This document shows, one piece after another, positions 22,961 through 36,960 of a stretch of 64,000 bases of DNA. The notes under the pieces are model-generated. The model was not told the DNA's origin, made no database searches, and saw only the letters and a program-made list of their open reading frames with translations. The stretch comes from Lama guanicoe (taxonomy: Eukaryota). Position 1 is the stretch's first letter, and every line of letters begins with the position of its first letter. The position numbers were made by a program, and so were the translations under genes. The stretch is from positions 868,001-932,000 of the forward strand of contig MU053216.1 in assembly GCA_013239625.1 (NCBI GenBank), read 5' to 3'.

Positions 22961-25900
22961 CTGCACAGCTGGTCCTCAGTCTCCGTGTCTCCTGGGCTCA
23001 GCTCCAGAGATGCCTTCTTGAAGAAAGCGGTCTTACTCGGCCTTGAGCTCCTGGCACCCAGTCTGGCGCCCAGCAGCAGTGGACACACAATAGGTGTTGG
23101 AGGAGCCAGTGACACCCAGCCCCAGCGCCTGCAACAGGCTGAGCTCTACTCCTCATCAAGGAGGGTGGGGGGCTCTGGGGGGCCAGGAAGCAGAGTCAGG
23201 CAGGGACGCGCTCACACCACCTCCCCATGCTGAGCTGAGCAGGGCCGGGGGATGGAGGGAGGAAATGAGACACAGCTGGCGAGGAAGCAGGCGGGAAATG
23301 GTCCACACTGAACAGGAAGCAGGTGGAATGTCAGGCACAGCTTCCTGGGGAGCAGGGGAGGGGGGATCTGGCCCCTTTGCTGGACCCGAGGCTGTCCCGA
23401 CCTCCCAGCCAGCCCCCAGCCCAGCGGGTCAGGGGCTCCTCACCTGCGGGAAGGGGTCTTTGCAAATCCTCCCCTGGGGTTGTAACCAGAGGCCCCCACG
23501 GCACGTTTGGCTGAGTAAGAGGCTGTGGTCTGCAATGGTGAGACCTGACCAGGAGGCCCCAGGTCAAACAGCCCCAGAAACATAGCTGCCTTCATACCCT
23601 CGGTGGGGGCAGCGGGAAGTCTGGGGGAGGGCAGGGGAGGCAGGGGAGAGGCAGGTTCGTGTGAAGCCCCGGGAATGCTGGGACGGGGCGGGGAGGCTGG
23701 GCAGCAGGCAGGCTGCACAGCCTGGACCACTCCCTCTCCTCACCCCTCCACCCACCCCTTCCTCATCCTTCCTCTCAGTGCAGCTTCCCCCTCTGTGATC
23801 ATTTTCCATAACCCCACCCCAGACCAGCGTGCCCACTGCTTCTCCCTGGTGATGCCCCATCTCGCCGAGCGGGGGCCGTATCTGCTCACCACTGCGCCTC
23901 CACACCTAGACCAGCCCTGTGTAGGTAGCAGACCCCCAGCTAACGTGGCCCAGGAGGTGGTTATGCAGAGCAGCCTAGGGCCGATGGGAAAGGCCCCCAC
24001 AGCCCGCCTGCGGGAGAGGTGGGGCTGGCAGCTGGGCCAGGTTTACCCTTGGAGGAGAGGTAACAAGGCTGACACTTATGGCCCCACTCACCACGTGCTC
24101 CCAGCATGGCACCTGCGTCAGCTCAGCTCAGCTTCACAGAACCCGGGAACCACTGACTCTACAGCGGAGGAAACTGAGGCCCAGGCTTCTGACCCCAACC
24201 TCCAAGGTCCCACCCACTCACAGGGATGGGTGCACAGTGGCTCCTGCCTGTCCCCACAGCCCCCAGCCTGCCTTCAGACTGATTGGAAGCCTGGCATGGC
24301 CGGGGGAATGAAGGTGAGACGCAGACTCGGGGGTGAAGCTGGTTTCCAGGAGCACTTGAAGAGAGCGGTGTGTGGGCCAGAGAACGGGGAGGGGAGGCTG
24401 GGTGGGCCTCTGGGCTCTGCTACTGAGGAGGCTTCCACTGGAGGGTCGGCGCAGGCACAGAGCGCATGGTGCTCAGTTCTGGGCATGAGTCCGAGGAGGG
24501 CTCCCACGGCTCACGCATCCTCATGCCCCGCACAGCGCCTGGACCCGGGAGAGCCGGACACAACCAAGCCCACGCGAGCGAGCCTGACGGCAGAGGCAGA
24601 CATCTGAGCTGGGCCGGGCTGTCCACACGCGGGACGGAGTCCCCACTAACCGCGGTGTCTCAAGACTGGCCCAGACTCAAAGATGCGGAGCTGTGCTTAG
24701 ACCCATCAGTCCTCGTTGGGTCCGGCGGGTCACTCACCTCCTGGCTATACGGTCAGACTAGAGGCGTGGAGCGATCCTCAAAAGCTTTCATGTCCCTCCC
24801 CTTGGGGGCCTCCTGACTGCTCAGGACAGGACATGTGAGAGCAGAGCAAAGACCCTGCCCTTGACGTATTAGAACTGAACACCAGGCTGCGTCTCTTCCC
24901 CCAGCCCTGCCCAACCCATAGAGAAGGAGCAGAGAGTCTCTGCTCAGTGTTCCCCTTCTCTGGTCCAACCCCCTACACGGGTCTCTCAACCCCTGGAGCA
25001 GAGAGGGGCAGTGGGCAGCAGAGGGCCCCTGGGAGAGCCACACTTCTCCTCCAGGCCTCCTACAGACCAGGCCCCCGCTGGTTTCAGCAGGCTCCGTGCT
25101 GGACAGCTCCCAGGTCCCCAGCGCCAGGGCTGAGGCTGGAGCTCCGGACTCCGCTCTCCGCACTCCGCACGTCAGTGTCAGCGAAGCCAGGGCCGGCTCC
25201 ACCCCAGCCCCCGCAGCGCACCCCCTCGCCTCGCCTCGCCTCACCTGCCACGCATGTGTCACAGAGAGAATCCGTTTCCGATCCTCCCCCCGGGATGAGG
25301 CCCCCCTCCCTGCCCACTGTTCCCCTCCCTCCCTCTGCCATAACCCAGTCTCAGCTCCGGGCCCAGCCATCCTCCTGGTGAAATTGGGCCCCTCGTGGGC
25401 TCTGCCGGAGCCTGGGCTAACCCGGCTCTGGCCACTGGTCCTGAGCCGTCCTCAAACCTCGTCTGACCACAGATCTTTCCACAGCCAGATCTGAAAGCTC
25501 TTCCTGCAGCCTCGCCAGACCCCATGCAGCCCGGGCACCATCCACGTCTTCCAATCCTGGTAGCCGCCTCCTCCGTCCCTCTCTCCTGGGTCGTCCCGGG
25601 AGCCCCAACCTTCCAACCTGGGGGCTCTGAGGCTCACAGTGGGGCAGAGAGGGGCCCCCGCCTGCATGATGCACCCCCATTCATGGGACTGAGGGGTGCC
25701 GGCCCAGAACGGCCTTCTGAGCCACATGTGGGGCCGGGACATGCACTCCCGCCTCCACAGACAGATCAGACTCCCGGCTGCCAGCTTCGGGCTTCTCAGG
25801 GTGCTTGGGCCCTCGGCCTCTTCTCCCACCTGGTCTGGGGGTGGTCCCACTACACTGACCCCTGGGGCCAAAAATGAAGTCTTAACACCTTCAGGTAATT

Positions 25901-28900
25901 CATCTCCATCCTGTGAGCCTCCGCTGGCCCCAGGCTCCGACACTCCTGCAGCTGCAGCTGGAGCAGAAGCAGGAGGGGCAGTGCTGGAGGGGGAGGCTCA
26001 GAGTTGAGAAGGAGCCTGCACTGAGGCTCTGGGAGCCCTGCCTGATGGTGGGAGGAGACGCAACAGCCAGACGCAGGCTAAGGTCTGCCCACCCCCACCA
26101 CAGTCTCAGCAGAGACCCCGCACAGAACTCATTAGTGACGTCAACAGAAGCTTGAACGCCAAGAACAAGAGGACTCAAGAGAGAACGGGGCCAGCAGGCG
26201 AAGGTCAGCGACATTCGGACACACTCCTGGTCCTGGGCTTGGCCCTGCAATCCTCACTGTTCAGCGCGAGCCGCTGCCCCAGGGCCTGACTCAGCGGGGA
26301 GAGCTGACTGGGGCCAAAGACAACAGCGGCAGACGCAGTGGGGAGAAGAGCAGATGTCTTGATTGGCGGGCCTGCATCAGTCCCCAAGGGAGGGGAGGTC
26401 ACCTCTGGCCTGGAGGGGACTGAGGCCTGGGAACCAAAGTCGCCCTGAACTGCTGACAGGCCTTGTGGGGCTGATGGATGAGCCGGGCCTGGGCTGGAGA
26501 CGGACGGGCTGGGAAAGGCGTCAGGCACCAAAGGCCAGGGGACGGCGGCTGTGACTGGACACCCTTTCCCCGGCCCCCGCCAAGCACTTGGCTGCAGCCC
26601 CCGCTCGGCCCCAGAGACCCAGATTTCCACCTTCCGAGGGACCCACCGCTCAGGGCTTGGCAAAGCCTTTGCTGAGGGGCCTGTGCACAGAGGCCCCCTG
26701 GCGATGAGAGGGTAAAGACGTGGCTGGAAGGGGATGTGGCTCCAAGCTGGGAGTGGCAGCCTCTGAGAGTGACAGGGGGCTACCAACAGAACCCGGTCAC
26801 CACTGGAATGGCCCCTGGTCTGCAGGTGCAGCTCTGATGGGAGGTAGGGGGCCGCCTGCCCCTCCCACAACAAGCCTCCACTTTGCCACCTGGGCCACAA
26901 GACCTGGCTCAAGCTACCCTCACATCGTCGTGGGCACAACCGCTGGCCTCCTCCTGCCACTCATCATGACTCGGCCTTTAGAGTGCAATCCGAACGCTGC
27001 CTCCTCCAGGAAGGCTGCCTGTTATTCAACTCCTGAGCCCGACTCACTGACCACCCCTCACTGCCGCTAAAGGAACAAGCGAGCCAGGTGTGGCCTGCAG
27101 AGCACCAGCCTGATGTCAGGGGGCCCCGCTGTGTGCTCCAGGGAAGTCCCTTCCCACTCTGATCTGCTTCATCTGCAGCAAAGGCCAGGCGTTCTCCAGA
27201 CTCCACTCTAGGCCTGGTGGTAATGGAATTCTGCTGGTGTCTCGAGCCTCCGTCCCTATTGCCACCTCTGCAGAGGGACTGTAGGCTTTCAGGGCAAGGT
27301 CTGCGTGTCTTTCCCTCAAACTCTGGTCCAGGATTGTGGTTCACACACCCAGAGATGCGCTGATGGCAGATGGAGGTGCACACGGGGCAGAGTGGGGCTG
27401 AAGGCAGCGTCTGGAACAGTAACGGCCCAAAGTAGAAAGTTGGCTGCCCACGGGGTAGGGCAGCCTCCCACGTCTCAGGGCCTCCCCAGCCCCCAGGGAG
27501 ATGGGAGGGTGGGGACTGAGGGGGGCGCTGAGTCAGGCTGCCTTCCCAGGCTCAGCCTGCATCTAAGGCGTTGCCACACCCTGCCTCAGACTGCCCCGGG
27601 CTGAGTCGGGAAGGTGGACATCTGGGTCTCTGGCCTGAGTAGGGGCTGCAGCCAGGAGCAAAGGATGGCAGCCCTGTCCTGTCCAGGTGCTGTCACCCCC
27701 AGTTTCCCCACCTCATGACCCAGCTCTCACTCTCCCAGATCTCCCAGGGGGCTGGGGATGGGCGCTGAGAGGGAGGAGCCAGAGGAGATGGTGCACTGGG
27801 GCGGGGCCAGGGTGGGGCCGTGGATCTCCTGCCTGGAGACCAGCACTGCGGGGCGGGGCGGGCACCCGGCTGCAGAGATTTGCATATATCTGCGTACATT
27901 TGCACGTGCTTATCTTCCTGGTGCCAACCTGCTCCCCACACTCCCCTCTTTAGCACTGGGGCCCCCCAGCCGTGACGGAGCCCTGGGCTGGGCCCCGACT
28001 CAGAGGCTGTGCAAACAGCCCTTTCCCTCCCCACCGCCTGACAAAGAGGCCCCCGCCCTGGCCTCTAGGCACACTTCTCCTCATGGGACCAACCTGTCCC
28101 TTGCTCTAAGGGGTGACCACGACCGCAGCCTCGGTCCTGCCCCTTCTCTCCCAGGCGACCCCCTGGTCCACTGAGAGGAGAAACCCAGAGTGTAGAGCCA
28201 GAGAGAAGCCTTGGGGATCCTGGAATCCAACACCTTCGTCTTACAAGGAGGCAAAGGACAGGGCTGTGTCCTCAGAGAGCAAAGTACATTCTCCTGAGAA
28301 GAGAGGTGATGAAGGAGGAGGCAGGTTGGATTGCGACAAGGAGGCGGGAAAAGGGAGCAGCAGCAGAAGGCCCAGGGAGTGCAGGGTGTGTTTTGGGGGT
28401 GACCCGCTACCATAAAGACAGCCACTGTGGGGTCACGGGCAAGCCAGGTACAGAGTCAGAGGTGCAGTTGGGCCCGAAGCCCAGCCCAGCCCAGTGCCGA
28501 GGACCTGGTTCCAGCCTCCACCTGGGGGAACAAGAGGCCCGGCTGCCTCCGCTGATGAGCGTGGCCCCAGCGCACCGGCTTGCACTGGCCGCTCTGCCCA
28601 CCCCACCAAACACGGGCACCCTCTTTGTGCAGGCATTGCCCACTAGGTCCAGAAAGGCCGGGCAGGGGTTGCCGGGGCCAGGAAACAAGGGATCAACAGA
28701 CACCTTCTGAGGAGTGGAAACGTTCTGCAGCTCGCTTGTCATGGGAGCTGAACGATGGTGCACGTTTGTAAGAGCTGGCAGATTTCACACCGTGTCTACT
28801 GCATCTCAAAAAGCCCGCATGCACCAGAGTGGGGCACTGCCGGGGAGACTGCAGGCTGGAACCGAGGGCTGGGCATGCCTCCCACGCTTCCCTCGCTAGT

Positions 28901-29229
28901 GGCGCAGCCCCGCCTGAAATCTCGCCCTCTGATCTGTGAGGTGGAGACACACGCCTTCTCTGCAGGGTGGTCTTAAGGGAAGAAGCTATAAACTTACACT
29001 GGAGGACGATCCCATAACACTTGCTCAGACAATAACGAGGAAGGTCTCATTCCTTGTTTGAAGTGCTTTAGTGTATCAACTTATCTAACAGCACAGCAGC
29101 CGCACAGGCACTAAACGCTATTGCCCCCACTCCATGGACGAGGAAGCTCGGCCCGGAGGTATCCCCTTCCTCATCTGTGACGTGGGGATTTCCAGCCTTT
29201 CCCCGCTCAGGTCTCTGGGGTCTGCACGT

Positions 29230-29720
29230 AGGGCAGGACTGCTCAGTCTAATGGTCCCTCCAGGATCAGCTCATGAGAAACTGCGGAGCTGTTTTCCAGA
29301 GCACCTGCACCGGTTTACCTTCCCAGCAGCAGCGCAGGCGGGTTCCGGCTTCCCCACGTCCTGTCTCTGGTCGCAGCCATCCTGGTAGGGGCGCGGTGGC
29401 ACTCGCTGTGGCCCTGATTTGCAGCTCCCCGGTGACTACTGACGTCGGGACCTTTCCCCTGCTTGTCGGCCATGTGTACATCTTCTTTGGAGAAATGTTT
29501 ATTCAAATCTTTTGCCCACTTAAAAACTACTTGTTGTTTTCACTGTTCAAAGAGTTCTTCATGGATTCTGTACACTGGAGCCTCACCAGATATGTGATGT
29601 GCAAAGCTTTCTCCCATTCTGTCGGCTGTCTTTTCACTCTCTTGATAATGGCCTTTGAGACACCAAAGTCCAAATTTTGACCAAGTCCAATTTGTCTATT
29701 TCTCCCTTCGGTGCCTGTGA
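29230..29720 (-). mobile_element. L1M ORF2 3' fragment
   Basis: ctgttttccagagcacctgcacc...tcttctttggagaaatgtttattcaaatcttttgccca...tttctcccattctgtcggctgtcttttcactctcttgata is reverse L1. Confidence 0.9.
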
Positions 29721-31069
29721 ATGAAAACCTTTTCAGAGCCTCTCCTATGCTGACGCAGATGGAGACTCCAAAAGGCAGGTGGACTTTAACCGTAGCCGAC
29801 CACAGGGACCCACCAGCCCTCCCCCCTCACCCCGCCCCCCTCACAGGACTGGAAGCCACAGGACACACCCTGGGATGTGCTGCTCGCAGACTTCCAGTGC
29901 TCCATAAACAAGCCCTCAGCAAAGGACGAGGCACCACAAACTCAGGATCCTGAAGCCTGGGGGGCAGCCCCGGGCCCGGCTGCCAGGGACAAGGCACCAA
30001 GGAGCTGAGAGCCTGGAGAGGAGAGCGGCCGGCCGTGCACTGCTGTCCCAGTGGGGGACCGGGTCAGGGAGCATCCGTCTTATCAGCTGTGCTTGGTGGG
30101 GAAGGGCTGGGGGCTGGCAAGAGGGCCTCGGCCAGCTGCTTCCAGAGTAAGGACTCAGGCCTGCCTCTCACTCTTCTGCGCGCCTGGGTTTGCAGGCGCA
30201 GGGCTCTTCCCCCACTCCCTCCCTCGTGGGGCTCCAGGTCTGGGCTCCCTGCCAGCTGGCCGAGAGCTTCCTGGACCCCTCTATCCATGTCTGCTCCAGA
30301 CTCTCCCCAGACCCCTCTCTCTGGATGACTTAGGAGCAGATCGGCCATCTGTGTCGAGGGTCTGGGAGCCAGACCTCGGCAGAGCGCCCGGGCTGTCCCA
30401 GCCTATCAGCAACCGACAGGTAAGCCCGGGCCAGCGGGACTCAAGGGAGATTCCAGACGTGGGCCCAGGAGGGTCTCAACGCTGCAGCGGCCCTGCCGCC
30501 CACAAGCTCGTCCCAGCCTGGAGCGGCCCCTGATTCAGCCCTGTGCTCTGTCGCCAGGCTCAGTGACCTGGCGGCAGCAAGAAGCTGACATCCAAAGATT
30601 ATACAAATTGTTTATTTTTTTAAACTCTCCAGATCTGCACACACGTTGCAGGCAATCTCTCGGTCCCACGGGGAGACCAGAGGGAAGATGGTTTCATCCC
30701 TTCTCCCCTGAACACACTATGACTCCCGAGAAGGTAAAGGGTCAGAATTCGGACCCTTTGTCATAGGTTAGGTCTCCTCTGTGTTCAGCTCCATCTTGTA
30801 GGAGCCTCTCAGGCGGGAGCCCTCCGAAAACACGGTGTCACAGGAAGAGCGACGGCTTCGAGGCCTGATCAACGCGCATGAGAATCGAGCCCCCGGGAAC
30901 CGGGAACCCTAACTCGGGCGAGTCCTTCAGCCTCTCCTAGCATAGTTCCTCTCATTTAATGGGGGTAGCAGCACACGGGAAAGTGCTGGTGCCTATTCGG
31001 GGTCAGTAAGCGCTACATCTCTTCCTCCTCAAATTGTATCATTTAGAAGAACCATCGCGGGAAATGGGA

Positions 31070-31200
31070 TTTCTCAGTTGGAAGTGATCTTGGAGGTCAT
31101 CCAGTTGGATTCCCTCATTTTCCACAGGAAGAAACTGGAGAGATTAAGCGCCTTGTGAAGGACACACTGCACGGTGGGGCTGCCGGTCCTGCCCTGGCCA
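31070..31200 (-). mobile_element. MIR3/MIR fragment
   Basis: tggaagtgatcttggaggtcatccagt...ccctcattttccacaggaagaaactg. Confidence 0.6.
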
Positions 31201-32429
31201 CAAATCCCCCGGCACGAGCCCCTCTGGCTGTCAGTCCCAGGCTCTGGGCCGTGGGATGGACTGTTGGTACCTGATGGGACAGGACCTGGGGTCTGCACAG
31301 TTCCTCAAGGGAGCTGACAGCTGGAACAGCTTCCTGGGCAGAAGTGAGGGGAGGAAAGGATTTCCGAGGCTCAGAACAGGTCACCTATGTGCCCAAGGTC
31401 ACCCAGCAAGTCTGTGACAGAGCCCTGCCGGGCCCCAGGTGCCTCCTGAGCCGGCTTTCTGGGCCCAGAGGCTCCCAACACCAGCGGGAAGGGTTAATGC
31501 CAGCCTCCGACAGCCTCTGCAAGTGCTGCCCTGGAGAGAAACCCCTCAGCAGCGCCTGCAAACCCCAGACGCAGAAGACCGCGCACTCTCTGTCCTAACT
31601 GCAGCTGAGGACCAGGTTCGGACAGCTAACGCAGCTGGGGCCCACTGCTGAGGAGCCCTGGCGGGGGCCGCCCCGCTGTCTCCTCTTCTGCAGGCGGGGA
31701 TGGGGCCATTGTCCCAACGTGGGCAAGCGGGGCGCGGTGGGGCCAGGCAGCGGCATGCAGAGGAGCCAGCGGGCAGAGAGGAGGCTGAGGACCCCTAGAT
31801 AGGCTGAGCCCAGGTCTCGGGGAGCGTTGGGGGGGCGCTGAGAGACATGGTCTCCAAAGGCCGGGGAGACAGGGAGCAGCGGGGTTCGGGAGTGGCCGTG
31901 AGTTCCAACTGCACAAGGGGAGCGGCTGGCTCCGGGCGGGTCCAGCTTGTGGAAGGTGCCGTGGGCCCAGCAGCACTGCGGTCAGCAAACTGGGCTGGGC
32001 CTGGCCCTCAGCACCTTCCCTCGAGGTCAGGGATGCTCTCCCAGCCTCCCTCCGGATGACGCTTCTCGGGTCAGCCAACCCCTAGGAGGCACTGGTCGCC
32101 ACAGAGGGCTCCCCCTTGAGGCCCACTTGGCCTCAGTACCCGGCCTGGGCCTTGCTCTCTGGCCCCTGCTCAACCCTGCAGGTGCCCATCCCAGGTGCTT
32201 GAGTTCTGGCTTCTGAGGCCTGGCAACAGGGGCCCTGGCACCAGGGACCTCTCCCTCCCTCTCTGCCTCAGGAGACGGCTTGGGCAGCCTCGAGGCTCCC
32301 AGGTGGCCGCAGCCCTGCCGGCCCGGCCCTCTGTGGTTCCCGGGGCGTCCGGCTCCTTGTGCTGGGAGTGAGGCAGCTTCCTCCTCTGCCTGGCTCTTCA
32401 TCCTCACGGAGCTGGTTCCCGGGACACAC

Positions 32430-33392
32430 TCTCTCTCGTGAACACAGAACGTGGTTCTGGCAGGTCTGACGAAGTCAAACTCCCCTTGGGCCTGACCTTC
32501 CTTGTTCACACTCCTCATCCAATGATGCCCGCCTCCAAAGCGTGTGGCAATGTTCTTGATCTTCTTTGTTCATTCTTAAGCCCTCCAAGACTTTACGTGA
32601 TGACGGCCCACTCTGTCCTGCTCTCTGCAGAGACACAGCTCCATCTGCCCCTCGCTGGGCTGTTCAGACTCTCCGAACCCAGCAGTCCAAGCTGAACTCA
32701 TCTTCTCTCTCCTTCTCAAATCTTTCCTCAGCTGGGACTGCTGAGCCCAGGAGCCAGGCTCCGCCCCCTTCCACCTCCTTCCACCCTGCAAATCTTGTCT
32801 CCCAGATGTCCCCCAAGTCCACCCCTGCGGTCCTCCACCACCACTGTCCACGTCCCCCCTCCACGTGAACCATAACAGAGCCCTGCGTGCTGGCCTTGGC
32901 ACTTCCTGTGTTGGCCCTCCCAGGACGACTGGCCAGGAATGCAAATCTGAACATATAATTTCATGCTGAAAATCTGCAAGGGTTAGCAGGGCACACGAGG
33001 CCCTCTGTGATCTGGTCCCCTCCCCACCCCCTGCCAACGGCGGCTTCATCCCAGCCTCCCCGCCAGCCATGCCCAGCAAACAGCCTGCAGTGCTCTCAGC
33101 CCTGGTGCTGTGTGGTGCCTCTAAGCCTCTGTACCTGCTGTTTTCCCTGCTGGAATGCCCTTTCCTGTTGCGTTCACCCAGAAATCTGCTTACTGTCACA
33201 GTTTACCTCAAGTACAACTTCCCTAAGAAGCCACCCCTGCTCCCACCCCATCCCAGGTAGGGGTGGTGACCCCTACCCCCTTCCAGGCCCCACCGCACCT
33301 CGCTGGTCTCCTCCTGAGATACTTGGAACGCACTATTTGATCTATGCATTTGCACGTCTGTCACCTCTGCTAGACTTTGAGGTCTTTGAAAG
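32430..33392 (+). mobile_element. L2 LINE 3' portion
   Basis: gcctctgtacctgctgttttccctgctggaatgccctttc...tctgtcacctctgctagactttgaggtctttgaaagca is the L2 3' end signature. Confidence 0.65.
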
Positions 33393-33406
33393 CAAAAAAA
33401 AAAAAA

Positions 33407-36400
33407 TTGCCTCTAAAGGCTGGCAGAGACACGTGCTCAAAAATAATTCTGGGAAGATGTGGAGTACTTCTCCCCATTAACCAATGATGTCCAACTAAAA
33501 CCCTGGACGTTATACACAAAGAAACACAAAAGGACTTGAAAAGGCAGAGAGGAAAGGCACGTCGGCTGGGCCCTCCCAAGGCTCTCACGGTGGGGGAGTC
33601 CCTGGGCTTTCGTTTTGCTTCAAAAATCCCAGTGAAGTGAAGTGAAGAAGCCGGCAACTCAGAGACGCCAACGGACACAAACAGAAAAAAGCCCCAGCCG
33701 AAGCCTGCTCTCTCCAGCCAAAGGGCCAGGAAGGTGATAGCCCAGCAAGACAGAAAACTCTCAGACAGTAACTGCTCCACTGCAGCCAGCTCCACAGTTC
33801 AGCCACCTCCACCCACACCAGCAAAGGCGGAGTGTAGCAGAGGCCACCCTCCCCGCGCTGGGCTGAAGCTGCCACGAGAGGCCGGTTGCGGGGTGTCAGA
33901 GTGGGCCAGGTTGCAGCAGGACACCCCCACCTGCTGACAGTGAGGCCACAGCCTCTCCGTCGTCGTCAGTGGAGACCAGGTGGGGAGCTGGAATGCCCAC
34001 CCTCGGCCAGTGTAACGTGGAGCAGAGAACGAACGACATGAAGAAGAAGCAAATGGAAATTTTAAACTGAAACAACATACATCTCAGAGGATGGATCAAC
34101 AGCAGAACGGAGGAGACAGAACAGGGTGAGTGAACTGGAAGACGGAACAATAGGAGCCACCCAGGATGAGCAACAGAAAGAAGGCAGACGGGGAAGAAGC
34201 GTGCCCCTAAGGACCGAAAGAGCTAATTCACGTCCTCGAAGTCCTGGCAAGAGGGGAGAAGGAGAACGGGGCTGGAAAGTGCTCTAGGAGATAAGAGCTG
34301 AAAACGTCCCAAAGTCGCTAGGAGACACGAACCTGCTGATCCAAAGGCTTAGCAAAGGCCAAACAGGGTAAACCCACAGACATTCACAAGACACGTCACA
34401 ACGAAACTTCTGCAAACTAAGGGCAGGAAAAAATCTTGAAAGCAGCCGGGAAAACAGGAAAGCTTATCTGCAGGGGAAAACAACTAAAATGACTGTGGGT
34501 TCCTCATCAGAAAGCACGGAGCCAGGAGGAAGTGGCAGGGTATTTTTCAAGTGCCGACAGAAAAGAACTGTCAGCCCAGAACCCCGGAAATCACCCTCAG
34601 GAGCGGAGGGAAAGTCACACACATTCTCAGATGGAGGGAACCGGGAGCGCTCGCCGCCAGTGGAAGAGCGGCGAACGAAGTCCTCCAAACAGAGTGGAAA
34701 TGAAAAGGAGGAGATCTCGGAATAGCAGGAAGAAAGAAAAAGACACCTTAAGAAAAATATGGGCAAGTGCAAGAGGGCTCCCTTCTTTTGAGTTTTCTAG
34801 ATTATGTTTGATGTTTGAAGCAAAAATTGTAACACTGTTTGATGTCCTAAACGTATATAAAGGAAATATTTAAGACAGTTGTATTACAAATGGGGGGAGG
34901 TAAGGAGGGGACACTCTAAAAATACAGAGAAGACTCACTGTGGGTTCATTTTGCAATGTACACAAATATTGAACCATTGTGTTGTACACCTGAAACTAAT
35001 ATAATATTATGTGTCAATTACATGTCAATAAAAACATGAAGATATATAAAAACAGAATTCGAAAAAATGCTCAACTAACCCACAGGAAGGCAGGAAAAAG
35101 AAAGCAGAGGCATAAAAAACAGAGAGAACAAGCGGAAAGCAAAAAGTAAAACGGCAGACCTAACCCCTAACATACCAATAATCACACAACTGTAAACCAT
35201 CTGAACAGATGAATTGAAAGACATAGATTGAATGGACTAACACAATGTGACAACATGCTGCCTATGAGAAACTAACTTCAAACATACACAAGCTATACAG
35301 GCAGGTTGAAAGTAAAAGAATGAAACCATTAAAAGAAAAGTAAAAGAATGGAAAAAGCGTTGTCATATAAAATTGACCAAAGGAAAGCAGGAATGACTAC
35401 AGTTATATCAAATAAAGTAGACTTTGGAGCAAAGAAAATTGCTAGAGCTAGAAAGGGATATTCTATAATGATAAAAGTATCCATCCACCAAGCAGACAGC
35501 AATCCAAGTTGTATGTGCACCGAACAATGGAGCTGAAAAATGCATAGAGCAAAGACTGACACAACTGAAGAAGAAAATAAGGCAAATCCATAATTAGAGT
35601 TGGAAACCTCAACACTCCTCTCTCAACAACTGGCAGAGTCACTAGACAGAAAACCAACAAGGGCGGAGCTCGACCACGTCATTAGCCAACAGGGTCCACT
35701 CAGCACTGACAGACACCCCATCTACAGCAGCAGAGCACACACTGCTTTCAAGGGCTCATGGAACACGTGCCACAGACCACATTCGGAGCCATAAAACACA
35801 CATTAACAAATTAAAAAAATAGAAACTACATAGAGTGTGTTATCTGACTTCAGTGAAATCAAACTAGAAGTCCGCAACAGAAAGATATTAGAAAGCTCTA
35901 CAAACACTGGACACTAAGCAACACTCTTGTAAATAATCTTAAAGTCAAAAAGGAACTCAAGGAAAATGAAAAAATAAATTGAACTAAGTAAAAATGAAAA
36001 TACAGCATATCAAAATTGTGGAACGCAGCTAAAGCAGTGCTGAGAGGAAAATTCATAGCACGAAGCATACATCAGAAAAGAGAAAAGGTCTCAAGTCAAT
36101 CAGCCAGGCCTCCACCTTAAGAACTTATAAAAAGAAGAGAGAAATAAACCCGAAACAAGCAGAAGGAAGAACACAATGAAGATAAGAACAGAAATCAATA
36201 AAATTGAAAACAGGAAGAAAACCAAATGCAGAGGTCAGAGGTTGCCAGTGTTGAGGAGAGAGATGACTACAGGAGGTGCAGCTTGTTCTGCATCATGGCT
36301 GCAGTGATGTCAGTGTCTGGCTGTGACATCCCACTACAGGACTGCATGGTTCTGCAAGATGCTACCACTGCGGGAAACTGGGTTAAGAGAACACGGGATC

Positions 36401-36446
36401 CCTGTGAGTGAGTTCTTACAACTGCACGTGACTTTGCAATGATCTC
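33407..36446 (+). mobile_element. Old L1 (L1MC/L1M4-like): 5' region, degenerate ORF1, ORF2 endonuclease region, joined to an L1MC-type 3' end
   Basis: ORF1 remnants (aaaaaatcttgaaagcagcc...tcatcagaaagcacggagccagga), ORF2 EN remnants (aaataaagtagactttggagcaaag...ttctataatgataaaag...gcagctaaagcagtgctgagaggaaaattcatagca) and 3' end (ttctgcaagatgctaccactgcgggaaactggg...ttcttacaactgcacgtga). Confidence 0.9.
34925..35036 (+). mobile_element. Short L1MA-type 3' tail nested within the older L1
   Basis: cattttgcaatgtacacaaatattgaaccattgtgttgtacacctgaaactaatataatattatgtgtcaatta...aataaaaa. Confidence 0.75.
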
Positions 36447-36479
36447 CCGATGCCTGTGTGGCCCATACCCATCAGCCTG

Positions 36480-36700
36480 CGATGTCCATTTCTCATGCCG
36501 CCTCCTTCATGGAGCCTTCCTGGATTTCTCCAGGGAAGTCATGTCCCATCCTTGAAATTCCCCTGACTCTCAGGGACTGAATGCTTGCCACCTTAGATTA
36601 TAGAATGTGCATGTCCTAGCTTCTTTACCAGATGGTGAGCCCCTGAGGCCGAGGACACCTCCTGTTCCTCCCTGAGCCCAGCCCAGTCCTCCACACTTAG
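36480..36700 (+). mobile_element. L2 3' fragment
   Basis: gcctccttcatggagccttcctggatt...accagatggtgagcccctgaggccgaggac. Confidence 0.5.
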
Positions 36701-36724
36701 AAACAGAACTCCACAGTGTGGGAC

Positions 36725-36960
36725 ACAGTACCCAGAGCTTTCATCGGGTGCCAGGCTCTGTTCTACATATGCTTCACATACTAGCGCAGCTGATCGCCAC
36801 CAGAACCCTGGGAGGTAGTCACTTTATTCTCATGTTACAAATGAAGAAGCGATGTCTCAGCTTAAACAACTTGCCTGGGTTACGCAGCTTGAAAGAGCAG
36901 ACACCAGAACTTGAACCCAGTGGATCTGGCCCAAGTCCACTCTCCTAACGGCTGTGCTAT
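36725..36960 (-). mobile_element. MIR SINE, near full length
   Basis: gtgccaggctctgttcta...ttacaaatgaagaa...aacttgcctgggttacgcagc...ttgaacccag. Confidence 0.8.

Noticed and set aside
21967-24607. 325-aa and 334-aa plus-strand ORFs
   Set aside because: They run through MIR/L2 remnants and have no recognisable homology or supporting splice structure.
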